Shown here: positions 9,010-18,267 of the stretch, piece by piece | Position numbering within the stretch: the stretch's first letter is position 1 | How the letters are laid out: each line of letters starts with the position of its first letter | Assembly (NCBI GenBank): GCA_048634875.1 | Contig: JAIVZN010000002.1 | Coordinates: 1-57,407, forward strand | DNA: 57,407 bases | From: Deltaproteobacteria bacterium | Lineage (GTDB): Bacteria; CG03; SLGR01; JBDRKX01 | Reading direction: 5' to 3' | Made by a program: the position numbers and the translations under genes | The notes under the pieces: generated by a model | Databases searched by the model: none | Seen by the model: only the letters and a program-made list of their open reading frames with translations | Told to the model about the DNA's origin: nothing

Positions 9010-9086
9010 AATTATCCTCCACTATTAGAACACAAGTCACAAGACTTTATTCTGAATTTTGCCCTGTCATTTTTCAATTTTTAATT

Positions 9087-9130
9087 CCTAATCTCCTAAT
9101 CTCCCAGTCTCCTAATCTCACAATCTCCCA
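9087..9130. repeat. Octamer tandem array (CCTAATCT-like, about 5.5 units)
   Basis: The array reads cctaatct cctaatct cccagtct cctaatct cacaatct ccca. On the coding (minus) strand it reads as RGGAGATT units (SD-like GGAG repeated). Confidence 0.7.
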
Positions 9131-9141
9131 TTTTACATTTT

Positions 9142-10362
9142 TTAATACTGATAGATTATACCAAGAAAATAATTTGAAACTGTATAATTATATTTATAAT
9201 TTGCTTCATATTTCATATTTGAAGAAACAGTTCGCCTGTTAAATTCTGCTGTAACAAAAAAGTTCTCCATAACCGGGTATTTATAGGATATACCAAACCC
9301 ATTATCAGTTTGGCCCACCTTCTCAGTTAAGTAATTTGCGTTTGTATCCTGGGATAAGCGGCTAATATAATGCTTAAGCTCAATTTCCCACCATAGTTTT
9401 AACCGGCTTAAGGAACTACCTGATCCAAGATAAAGTGATACACCGGGCGAAAATTCTGTTGAATAATACGAATAAAAATTTTTAATGAATTTAGCAACAT
9501 TCGCATCAAAAGAATTCTGGTTGGAATTAAAGAACCGTGTCTCGTTTCCAAGTTCAATTGCTGTTCTTTTAAATTTATACTCTAACCCCGCGATGAGTGT
9601 ATTAATAATATCTATTCTTTTATCAGATGAAAATGAACCGTCACTCCGGACAAGAGTCTGGTCTTTATAATTTCGTAAATCAAACCGGCTGGAATAATAA
9701 ACATTTATATAAGCAGTGTAATCTTTCCGTGCTTTTAAGGTCAATGCAATATTGGAATAATTTAAAACATCCTCTCCCGCGTTATTGGATATTTCTGTAT
9801 ATGTCTTGGTATCTATTGAAGTTTCATACTCTTCTTCATAGATTAAAGAAGAGTAATTTGTGAAATTAACATTGTAATAATCGCAAGATAGCGAACAGTC
9901 GTGCTCGTAAATTATCTTTGCGGCTTCTGCTCCAAATAATAATCTGTTGTAGTCAAACAGGCCTTCCCCCCATTTTTCATCATTAGTTTCATTTATGTAA
10001 GATTGCTTGTAGCCAATCCTGCCTTTTAACTTGAAATCTTTAAGTGTATGAATATATTTTATAGTTCCGCCGGATTCAACTGACTGTCGCCTGAGGGTTC
10101 CTCCGCCAGCAAGCTCATGCACATCACTTGTGGAATTGTAATCAATATTAAAAACAGGCACCAGCGCTTTTTTAGGAGAAAAATTTATAACAGGTGAAAA
10201 ATATACACTTAAATTTCCTCCAAAAGAAGAAGGATCATTATCTAAATAATACTGCCCTCCTGAGAGCAGTATATTTGCTACAGAAGTAACCTTCATTCCT
10301 GCATTAACAATTGACACACACAATCCTGTTAAAACAACTAAAATAAATAACAATTTTTTCAT
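9142..10362 (-). CDS. Hypothetical outer-membrane beta-barrel protein
   Basis: The signal peptide is MKKLLFILVVLTGLCVSIVNA. The protein is Y/N/S-rich with alternating beta-strand-like segments and an aromatic C-terminus (...GIIYQY). Confidence 0.5.
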   Translation of the reverse strand: MKKLLFILVVLTGLCVSIVNAGMKVTSVANILLSGGQYYLDNDPSSFGGNLSVYFSPVINFSPKKALVPVFNIDYNSTSDVHELAGGGTLRRQSVESGGTIKYIHTLKDFKLKGRIGYKQSYINETNDEKWGEGLFDYNRLLFGAEAAKIIYEHDCSLSCDYYNVNFTNYSSLIYEEEYETSIDTKTYTEISNNAGEDVLNYSNIALTLKARKDYTAYINVYYSSRFDLRNYKDQTLVRSDGSFSSDKRIDIINTLIAGLEYKFKRTAIELGNETRFFNSNQNSFDANVAKFIKNFYSYYSTEFSPGVSLYLGSGSSLSRLKLWWEIELKHYISRLSQDTNANYLTEKVGQTDNGFGISYKYPVMENFFVTAEFNRRTVSSNMKYEANYKYNYTVSNYFLGIIYQY

Positions 10363-10383
10363 ATTAATTTATCCTTTCTCATT

Positions 10384-10465
10384 AAATCTCCCCTTAATCC
10401 CCCCTTTACTAAAGGGTTAATCCCCCTTCATCCCCCTTTGAAAAAAGGGGGAAAGAGGGGGATTT
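10384..10465. repeat. C5/G5 compound hairpin element (copy 1)
   Basis: The sequence is aaatctccccttaatcccccctttactaaagggttaatcccccttcatccccctttgaaaaaagggggaaagagggggattt. It contains nested CCCTTTA/TAAAGGG and CCCCCTTT/AAAGGGGG stems, and it is G+C-rich in an AT-rich spacer. Confidence 0.65.
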
Positions 10466-10474
10466 GACATTATC

Positions 10475-11935
10475 TTATTCTTCATCAAATGATATTGAGA
10501 GCATTCCTGAATCCAGCAAAAGTTTTGTTGAAAACACTATATCAATATCCCTGTCTCCGAACTCAGAACTCCTGTATTTTCTTTCAAAATTAAGTTTAGA
10601 AAGATAATCCTTAAATGTGCTTCCTATAGAAGAAGAAAAATTATCTTTTAATTCTAACGAGGTCTGGATACTGCCTTCATCATCAATAAGATAATCATCA
10701 ACCTGAAGAACAGTTCCGTCAGCATAAGTATTTTTTATGCGAAGATGAAAAATATCACTTCCACCCGGACGGCTGTAAACCTCTGATATTAAATCACCTG
10801 CATCAGGATAAATTTTATTTTCATCTATATACGCCTCTGCAATATCAGAAAGGGTTTCAACTTTATCAGGGACATCCACACTCCAGAGCTTTTTTCTTGC
10901 TCTCCCGTAACCTTTTATAGAAAACTCATATTTATCAAAATAATGATGCCAGTTGAGGGCGGTATCCTGAATCATATCTCCGCCTGAAGCTTCTTCATTT
11001 ACCTGATCTTTTGTATTTGAAATAACTGAAATTAAATCAGTAAGTATCCACAGGGGCTTTTCCGCTAATTCTGAATAGAACATATCCTTAGTGGCAAGTG
11101 TAAGGTCATCAGGTAGGGTTTCATCAAAAGTAAATAAAATTTTGCCGAAATCAAACCTGTCTTCCCTGCTGTTTAATACAACATATTTAAACTGGTTATC
11201 TTCAGGTCTTACGATATATTCTTCCAGGCGGACCCTGTTACCGCCGGCGTCTATCATGGCTTTACCATTTTCATATTCAGCATTTCTGAGTTCCTCTGAC
11301 GCTCTTGCTAAAACTGCATCTCTTGAGATTTCTTCAAACATTTCCATGCGGGCTTCTCTTTTAGTTTTCTTTTCTTTTCTTTTATTTTCAATATTGAATG
11401 GCTTGGATGGCTTTTTATTCTTTTTTATTATAGAAGTCTCGCCATATAAGAGTAATACTTTTTTCCCTGTTATTATTTCTTTTGCTTCAACGATACCTTC
11501 AAAAACTTCAACTTTTGTAATTTCATCTGATACTGAAACAGAAAAATCAGTTCCTCTAACTGCGCATACTGCCTGAGGAGTTTGTATTATGTAAGACTGT
11601 TTGCCGATAAGTTTCTTTACCTTTGAACGCAGTTTGCCTTTAAAAAAATTCAGGTCTGTTTTATTTTCATTTGCAAGTGTAATTACCATTTCACTGTTCT
11701 CAGCTAAAACAGTACTGTGGCCTGAATGTAAAAAGAGAATTTTTGCATGAGACTTACTCAATGTCTTTAGCTTATCTCCAGCTTTTAATTCCATATCTGC
11801 AAATGCCGCTTGCCACTCATTTAACCTGAAATAAGAAACATCTCCGGTAACTTCAGTTAGTCTTGCTACACCTGCAAAGAGATTACCAATTATAAGTAAT
11901 ACTATAATGCATATAGCAAAAAACTTCTTATTCAT
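10475..11935 (-). CDS. FecR-domain protein with a large uncharacterised C-terminal region
   Basis: FecR-like motifs are present (TGDVSY...W..A...ELKAGDKLKT; AVCAVRGTDFSV). The start was trimmed to MNKKFF (a GGAGGC RBS precedes it, and a signal peptide follows). Confidence 0.7.
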   Translation of the reverse strand: MNKKFFAICIIVLLIIGNLFAGVARLTEVTGDVSYFRLNEWQAAFADMELKAGDKLKTLSKSHAKILFLHSGHSTVLAENSEMVITLANENKTDLNFFKGKLRSKVKKLIGKQSYIIQTPQAVCAVRGTDFSVSVSDEITKVEVFEGIVEAKEIITGKKVLLLYGETSIIKKNKKPSKPFNIENKRKEKKTKREARMEMFEEISRDAVLARASEELRNAEYENGKAMIDAGGNRVRLEEYIVRPEDNQFKYVVLNSREDRFDFGKILFTFDETLPDDLTLATKDMFYSELAEKPLWILTDLISVISNTKDQVNEEASGGDMIQDTALNWHHYFDKYEFSIKGYGRARKKLWSVDVPDKVETLSDIAEAYIDENKIYPDAGDLISEVYSRPGGSDIFHLRIKNTYADGTVLQVDDYLIDDEGSIQTSLELKDNFSSSIGSTFKDYLSKLNFERKYRSSEFGDRDIDIVFSTKLLLDSGMLSISFDEE

Positions 11936-12049
11936 AATTGCCTCCATATTTAAAAAATTATTCTCTACTCCCACATGCCTCATTCCTTTTCTTTTAAACC
12001 TTTCCAATATAATTTTAATTGCAATGAAAATTAATATCTGTGACTTTAA

Positions 12050-13990
12050 TCACAAGAGACCTGTTACTTCATAGACCTGCACAGGTTTTTCTTTTCCCTT
12101 AACTTTAAGAGCCTCAAGTTTTTTGATCTCTACAATATCTTTTACTTCTTCATAGGTGCTCTCACTTATAATTAGCTGTCCGCCTTTGGCATTTTCTTCT
12201 AACCTTGCAGCAAGATTTACATTATCACCAATTACAGTGTAATCAGCAAACTGGTCTGACCCCATATTCCCTACCACTACATCTCCTGTATTTATCCCCA
12301 TTCCAACCCTGATTTTCTCTTTTCCTTCTTTCTCCCATTTTTCCTGTAGCTCGTGAATTTTTTCCTTCATTGCCCACGCGGCTGTAGTTGCAAGCTCCGC
12401 ATGATTTTTTTGTTCAACAGGAGCTCCCCAGACTGCCATAACAGCATCACCGATAAATTTATCTAATGTGCCATGGTATTTAAAAATTATATCTATCATT
12501 TCTGTCAGGTATTCATTTAAAATACTTACTACTTCTTCAGGAGATAGCTTTTCTGACATGGAAGTAAATCCCCTTATATCTGAAAAAAATACAGTTAATC
12601 TTTTTCTTTCTCCACCAAGAGAAATCTGCTCGGGGTGAGAGAGCAGAACATCTACTACCTGCGAAGAAACATATCTTTGAAACATACCTCTTATAACCTT
12701 TTTTTCTTTTTCTTCTCTTGTAAAACTGTATATGGTAATTGCGGCATATGAAAAAATAACTGCTTCAAAAGGATAAAAAGTACTTACAACACAGTTCTTT
12801 TTAAACAAAAGAAAACTTATAAAAAAATAAACCAGCACTAAAAGAATATTTAAAAGGGCTGATGGAATTGCTTTAAACTTTATAGTTATAACTGACGCAA
12901 TTAAACTGACTATTATTATTATTAAGTAATTAATCCATACTGAAACGGGCTTTAAAAAATCCTCTTCAATAATGTTTGATGTGACTGTAGCAAGAACACC
13001 AACCATCGGAAAAAGAGGTGTAAATGGTGTTGGCCGGAGGTCAGATGTTCCTGTTGCAGTAAGACCCACAAATATAATTTTATTTTTTAAATTTTTTAAA
13101 TCTATCTGTGGTGTCCCGCCGGATAGTATGGTATCATGAGAGCCAATTACACTGACAAAAGACGCCATGTTAATATTTTCAGGTTTAAATTCACCGGAAT
13201 GGTTTATTAACATCTGGCACTTTTTATCTACCGGAATTTTTATTATTCTTTCTTTAATTTTTAATACAATATACTTTCCAGGCTTTATTATTATATCTTC
13301 CTTTTTAACACCTAAATAATCCAATGCCGCATAAAATGCCACATTCGGAACAAGATAGTCCCGGTATTGCATAATTAAAGGAATTCTGCGGGTTATACCA
13401 TCTCTGTCCGGTATAGCATTTACATAACCCGATCCGCTGACTGTTAAACTAAAACGGGGTATCGGCATTACTAAATGTTTAACATTTATAAAACAAGCAT
13501 TTTTAAAATCAGCGGCCTTACCTAAACTTATATTCTTTATTAACTGTTCATTTACAGGATGAAGTTCGTCCTTATAACCTCTGATTTTAGCAGTTGATTC
13601 AGGAATACAATAGAAAGGGAAATAAACATTACCCATAAGTGAAGATTGCCCTGCAAGAAGTTCATCGTCACCTGAGTTTTCTTCATCAGGCTCGGTAAAA
13701 AGTATATCAAGAATAATAGAGTGTGGTGAATAGGGTATCATCATGTTTATAAAGGAAGCCATATATGCTCTACGCCAGGGCCATCGTCCAAGAGCTTCAG
13801 GGGAAACACTTTCATCCCCCATTGCTACAAGAAATATTTTATCAGTAGCAGGATTTTCGCCCCTTAAAATAAAACGCCAGTTAAGAAGTTTTAATTCTAA
13901 GGAACTGCCAATATTAAAAATTGAAAGGAGAATTACAAAGAAGGAAATTCCAGCTATAAAAAAGATTAAATTTTTCCTATGGGTTGACAT
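12050..13990 (-). CDS. CHASE2-domain class III adenylate/guanylate cyclase
   Basis: The N-terminal periplasmic region is CHASE2-like and is followed by TM helices. The C-terminal region, RKRLTVFFSDIRGFTSMSEKL...LDKFIGDAVMAVWGAP...GINTGDVVVGNMG, is a class III cyclase catalytic domain. Confidence 0.85.
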   Translation of the reverse strand: MSTHRKNLIFFIAGISFFVILLSIFNIGSSLELKLLNWRFILRGENPATDKIFLVAMGDESVSPEALGRWPWRRAYMASFINMMIPYSPHSIILDILFTEPDEENSGDDELLAGQSSLMGNVYFPFYCIPESTAKIRGYKDELHPVNEQLIKNISLGKAADFKNACFINVKHLVMPIPRFSLTVSGSGYVNAIPDRDGITRRIPLIMQYRDYLVPNVAFYAALDYLGVKKEDIIIKPGKYIVLKIKERIIKIPVDKKCQMLINHSGEFKPENINMASFVSVIGSHDTILSGGTPQIDLKNLKNKIIFVGLTATGTSDLRPTPFTPLFPMVGVLATVTSNIIEEDFLKPVSVWINYLIIIIVSLIASVITIKFKAIPSALLNILLVLVYFFISFLLFKKNCVVSTFYPFEAVIFSYAAITIYSFTREEKEKKVIRGMFQRYVSSQVVDVLLSHPEQISLGGERKRLTVFFSDIRGFTSMSEKLSPEEVVSILNEYLTEMIDIIFKYHGTLDKFIGDAVMAVWGAPVEQKNHAELATTAAWAMKEKIHELQEKWEKEGKEKIRVGMGINTGDVVVGNMGSDQFADYTVIGDNVNLAARLEENAKGGQLIISESTYEEVKDIVEIKKLEALKVKGKEKPVQVYEVTGLL

Positions 13991-14026
13991 ACTAATAAAA
14001 TCATATAAAATTCTTTTTATAAATAC

Positions 14027-14074
14027 AAATCCCCCTGCCCCCCTTTATTTAAAGGGGGGAGTAAGGGGGGATTT
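14027..14074. repeat. C5/G5 compound hairpin element (copy 2)
   Basis: The sequence is aaatccccctgcccccctttatttaaaggggggagtaaggggggatttt. It sits in the divergent spacer between the cyclase and the M48 peptidase. Confidence 0.65.
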
Positions 14075-14084
14075 TCAGACGAAT

Positions 14085-15203
14085 ATGCACCCTGATATAG
14101 ACAAAGAAAAACAAAATATTGCGCGCAGATATTTCTTTACCAAGTTTTATACTGAAAAAGTATCCACATTAGTTTCACTTTTAGCGTTAATCCTGATAAT
14201 TATTTTCGGCGCATCTACTCAACTCTCATTTACCATTAAAAATATCACCTCAAATACATTGCTGTATAGAACTATCTATTTTATAATTTTTTATACTTTT
14301 TTCTTTATACTCTCGTTTCCATTTTCTTACATGAATACTTACAGAACCGAGCATATATATAAATTTTCAAACCAGAACTTTAAAGAATGGTTCATTGACC
14401 AGTTAAAAAATTACGCAGTATCTATTGTGCTTGGCTTGATAATTGTAAACATTTTTTATTTTATTGTTAATCATTCTCCGAACTTCTGGTGGTTCTGGAC
14501 AGGTTTAGCCCTGCTTATATTTTCAGTAATACTACAGTATCTTGCTCCAATCCTCCTCATACCTATCTTCTATAAATCGGAACCGGTTGAAGACAGCATA
14601 TTATGTGAAAAACTTCTTAATCTTGCTGAAAAATCAAAAATAAAAGTAATAGAAGTTTATAAAATCAAATTAAGCCAGAAAACAAAAAAGGCAAATGCTG
14701 CCCTCTCAGGCATAGGTTCTACAAGGAGGATGCTTCTTGGAGATACATTATTAGATAATTATGACCACGGAGAAATTGAAACAGTAATGGCGCATGAACT
14801 TGCCCATCATATCCACAAACATATACCAAAGTTAATTGTTTTCAGCGGAGTTATGACAATTTCAGGGGCATATATTTTACATATTATCCTGCCTTCAATC
14901 TTAAATTATCTAAACTTAGGCAAACTCCATGATATTGCTTCATTTCCGGGACTTATATTAATTACAGGAATATTTTCTTTTATTGCAGGTCCGGTTAACT
15001 CATATCTTTCAAGACTTTTAGAAACTCAGGCTGATGACACAGCAATAAAACTATCCAAGAAACCGGATAAGTTCATATCTACCATGGTAAAATTTGCCAA
15101 CAATTATCTCTCTTTTGCATATCCTCCGAAATGGATAGAATTGCTTGAATATGACCATCCTCCAATAGGCAAACGGGTTCAAAGAGCCCAGCAATTAAAT
15201 TAG
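14085..15203 (+). CDS. M48-family (Ste24/HtpX-like) zinc metallopeptidase, polytopic membrane protein
   Basis: It carries the HELAHHIHKH zincin motif and several N-terminal TM helices. The start was trimmed from the track ORF (13743) to MHPDIDKE, because the upstream part overlaps the cyclase gene on the opposite strand. Confidence 0.8.
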   Translation: MHPDIDKEKQNIARRYFFTKFYTEKVSTLVSLLALILIIIFGASTQLSFTIKNITSNTLLYRTIYFIIFYTFFFILSFPFSYMNTYRTEHIYKFSNQNFKEWFIDQLKNYAVSIVLGLIIVNIFYFIVNHSPNFWWFWTGLALLIFSVILQYLAPILLIPIFYKSEPVEDSILCEKLLNLAEKSKIKVIEVYKIKLSQKTKKANAALSGIGSTRRMLLGDTLLDNYDHGEIETVMAHELAHHIHKHIPKLIVFSGVMTISGAYILHIILPSILNYLNLGKLHDIASFPGLILITGIFSFIAGPVNSYLSRLLETQADDTAIKLSKKPDKFISTMVKFANNYLSFAYPPKWIELLEYDHPPIGKRVQRAQQLN

Positions 15204-15246
15204 GGTTCTTTCTTAAATCAGAAAGAACCTAAATTAGCTTTTTTAT
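15204..15246 (+). terminator. Candidate intrinsic terminator after the M48 gene
   Basis: A 10-bp stem GGTTCTTTCT/AGAAAGAACC has a 6-nt loop, but the T-run (ctttttta) follows only after a 9-nt gap, so it is not canonical. Confidence 0.35.
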
Positions 15247-15308
15247 TGTCAATTTAATATACTATATAGATAAATAGCTAAGAAAATATATAATAGTTGA
15301 AATAAAAT

Positions 15309-16949
15309 ATGAATAGAAAAACAAAAATGTACTGGATGTTAAATAAGACAAAAATTATTGTTATTACAATTGTCGTATTAGTTATTATTTTAGCTATTAT
15401 TGGAATTTCTTCCCTTGAATCTTTTTACAGGAAAATAACCCTTGCCCAGTTGCCGACACAGCTTTTTATGGGAGGAATGCATGCAATGATTTTTGTGTCT
15501 ATGTACCTTCTATTCTTAAGGGGAGGAATCACTAAGATTGCTCAATCTAAAATTAAAGGAGAAAAAGTTAATGTGCGCTGGAACGATGTAATTGGCATTG
15601 ACGAGGTAAAGGAAGAAGCAAAAGAAGTAGTGGAATTGATAAAAGACCGCACAAGGTTAACTAAAATTGGCGGAAAAATATTAAGAGGTTTACTAATGAT
15701 CGGGCCTCCGGGATGCGGAAAAACAATGATGGCTAAAGCTATTGCCACTGAAGCTGATGTACCGTTTATAGCAATGGCTGCAAGTGAGTTTGTAGAAATA
15801 TTTGTCGGGGTAGGTTCAAGCAAGGTAAGAAAACTTTTTAAAAAAGCGCGTATTTTAGCATACGGGTATGGCGCATGTATTATTTTTATTGATGAGTTGG
15901 ATGCTGTTGGAAGGACAAGAAGTTTTTCATTCGGCGGCGGTCAGGAAACAAATAATACCTTAAACCAGCTTTTAGTAGAAATGGACGGCTTAAAAGAAGA
16001 TGATTTGAGTATAATAGTTATCGGCGCTACAAATGCTGCGGAATCTGTGCTTGACAGGGCGCTTCTCAGGCCCGGAAGATTTGACCGGAAATTATATATA
16101 GGAAAACCCGGGTTAGAGGGCCGCGAAAAAATTTTTGAGTATTATATGAGTAAAATTAATTACTCTAAAGAAATTAATATAGCCCGTTTAGCAAGAAAAA
16201 CCGTATATAAAACTCCTGCTGATATAGAGAACATTGTAAAAGAAGCAGCTTTAATAGCTACAAGAGAAGGTAAAGATATTGTAGAATTTAAGGATATTTC
16301 TTCAGCTATGGAGCGTATTGATATGGGGCTCAAACATAAAAGGAAAATGACTGATGAAGAAAGAAAAAAAGTAGCTTATCATGAGGCAGGACATCTTATG
16401 GTGTTGTGTTTTCTGCATCCCACTGACGATGTATTTAAAGCATCAATTATTTCACGAAAGGAAAGTCTTGGCGCAGTATACCATCAGCCAAGAGAAGAAA
16501 TCTTTACAAGTAACAGAAACCGCATCTTAGCTAATATTCAGGCAAGTCTTGGCGGTTATGCAGCAGAAAAACTTGTCTTTGGTGTTACTTCGGATGGAGT
16601 TATGACTGATTTTCAAGGCGCCATGCGGCTTGCCCACACCATGGTATGGCAATTAGGCATGAGCGAGAAGGAGTATTTAGGAGATTACACAGTTATACCT
16701 GAAAGTCAGATATCAGAAGCCCTTAAAGAAACTTTAAATAAAGAAACAGAAAAAATATTTAAAATATGTTACCAGAAAGTAGAAGACCTCTTGAAAAAAG
16801 AGCGCGCCTTATTAGATATATTTGTGCAAAAGTTGCTGGAAAAAGAAGAATTAGAATATGATGAGATTGAACAAATCTTTACATCCTATAAAAAGAAAGA
16901 TACATCGCCAAAAAGTAAAAGAAAATTTATTGCCAAAACCCAAAAATGA
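15309..16949 (+). CDS. ftsH: FtsH-like AAA+ / M41 zinc metalloprotease with a very short extracytoplasmic loop
   Basis: Walker A is GPPGCGKT, Walker B is IIFIDELD, SRH is GATNAAESVLDRALLRPGRFD, and the zinc site is HEAGH. Only about 20 aa separate the two N-terminal TM helices. Confidence 0.8.
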   Translation: MNRKTKMYWMLNKTKIIVITIVVLVIILAIIGISSLESFYRKITLAQLPTQLFMGGMHAMIFVSMYLLFLRGGITKIAQSKIKGEKVNVRWNDVIGIDEVKEEAKEVVELIKDRTRLTKIGGKILRGLLMIGPPGCGKTMMAKAIATEADVPFIAMAASEFVEIFVGVGSSKVRKLFKKARILAYGYGACIIFIDELDAVGRTRSFSFGGGQETNNTLNQLLVEMDGLKEDDLSIIVIGATNAAESVLDRALLRPGRFDRKLYIGKPGLEGREKIFEYYMSKINYSKEINIARLARKTVYKTPADIENIVKEAALIATREGKDIVEFKDISSAMERIDMGLKHKRKMTDEERKKVAYHEAGHLMVLCFLHPTDDVFKASIISRKESLGAVYHQPREEIFTSNRNRILANIQASLGGYAAEKLVFGVTSDGVMTDFQGAMRLAHTMVWQLGMSEKEYLGDYTVIPESQISEALKETLNKETEKIFKICYQKVEDLLKKERALLDIFVQKLLEKEELEYDEIEQIFTSYKKKDTSPKSKRKFIAKTQK

Positions 16950-18262
16950 AATACCTGCCATGGTATCTGTGTTGTCTGTTTTTTTTATCAGCCTGCGCTA
17001 ATCCTACATATCAAGAAAAAAAAATAGCAGAATCTATAAAAAATATAGTAAAAAAAGAATACAAAATTAAAAACATTAAAGTAAAAAGGAGGGGAAATAC
17101 ACTCTGGATTTATGTCCCTGTAGAAAAGCTTGTAGATGAAAACTTTGAGTTAGACAAGGATTCATTAGAGAAAATTGGAGATGTATCCCGCGCAGGTTCC
17201 AGGGTTATCTTCAGTTCTGATTCAAAAGTTAAGTTTATAGCATTATTTGCATATGACCGCTTTGGTATAGAATTAAAAATGATTCGTCATATTGAGGACA
17301 TAAAAAAAGTACAGGCATGGTATATATCATATAGTGATTTTTATAAACGTATGGATATTAATCTCGGGTTTAATCCTGAAATTTTGGGCAAAAAAGTTGT
17401 TAAGAATATTTATACAGATGTTAAAAAAAAACAGGGTAATTTAAATAAATATTTATTTACTAAAACAGATGAAAATATATTCAGTAATCTCCCTGGAAAA
17501 TTTGGGAGTATAAAGAAACTATATTCTTTAAGAATTAGTGAAACCCAGGCACTGATTTACTTAGAAACTATTGCGCCAAATTCCAGGTCACTTTTTCTTG
17601 CTGATGTCTCATTTTTTGATATTTTAAAACAACTGCTTATTTTATATTTAAGTAAAGAAGAAGAAATATTCAAGAATAAAGAAAAGAAAAAAATAAATTT
17701 ACCGGTAATTTCCGGTTACTGGAATTTAATAAAAGAAAGCTGGCCTGAAGAATATAAAGATTATAAAAAAGTAGATGGCTGGGAAAATGAAATTTATGCA
17801 AAGGAAATTGAATTTAAAAAATTTATAGCTGAGCAAATTAAACGAAAGATAAAAAAAAAGTTTGAAGAAAAATATAACGAATGGAAAATAAAGTTTAAAG
17901 AATTAAATGTAATTTTTTTGAGAGATGAAATTTTAGTGACCAGAGAAATTCGTAAATTAAATAAACCGGTTTTTGATGTTGATATTGACCATGAAATAAA
18001 CTTAATTATTGCAAATACAATAAAGAACTACCAGATAAATGATGTTAAAGTTCTTGTCATCGGTAGTCCGAACTGGAAAGAAAGGATTACAATTGAAAAA
18101 GAAAGACTACTTAAACTAAAGCAAAAAAAATGGAAAAGGCTCGTGAAAGAAAAAAAGGCAGGCAGTATAACACTGAAAGATATTTTACTTGATATATTCG
18201 TTCCTGCCTATAACAAACAACAGATAGATAATGGCCAGTCTGAAGAAGATAAAAAAAAGTAA
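16946..18262 (+). CDS. Lys-rich hypothetical lipoprotein
   Basis: A lipobox is present (FFLSAC). A 4-nt overlap (ATGA) with the ftsH-like stop implies co-translation. Confidence 0.5.
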   Translation: MKYLPWYLCCLFFLSACANPTYQEKKIAESIKNIVKKEYKIKNIKVKRRGNTLWIYVPVEKLVDENFELDKDSLEKIGDVSRAGSRVIFSSDSKVKFIALFAYDRFGIELKMIRHIEDIKKVQAWYISYSDFYKRMDINLGFNPEILGKKVVKNIYTDVKKKQGNLNKYLFTKTDENIFSNLPGKFGSIKKLYSLRISETQALIYLETIAPNSRSLFLADVSFFDILKQLLILYLSKEEEIFKNKEKKKINLPVISGYWNLIKESWPEEYKDYKKVDGWENEIYAKEIEFKKFIAEQIKRKIKKKFEEKYNEWKIKFKELNVIFLRDEILVTREIRKLNKPVFDVDIDHEINLIIANTIKNYQINDVKVLVIGSPNWKERITIEKERLLKLKQKKWKRLVKEKKAGSITLKDILLDIFVPAYNKQQIDNGQSEEDKKK

Positions 18263-18267
18263 GAAAA

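Noticed and set aside
9087-9130. Heptamer/octamer tandem arrays as possible CRISPR arrays (also 29656-29683 and 37246-37282)
   Set aside because: The units are only 7-8 nt with no spacers, and no cas genes are present. They are not CRISPR.
11091-11576. Antisense ORFs inside long genes (for example 11091..11576, 21668..22168, 21886..22323, 29126..29485, 39143..39406, 45841..46422, 54312..54575)
   Set aside because: These are low-complexity shadow ORFs opposite well-supported CDSs. They lack RBSs and any recognisable motifs.
13743-14084. 5' extension of the M48 ORF that overlaps the cyclase gene
   Set aside because: The extension is antisense to a strongly supported CDS and crosses the C5/G5 hairpin. 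The start was trimmed to the Met at 14085.
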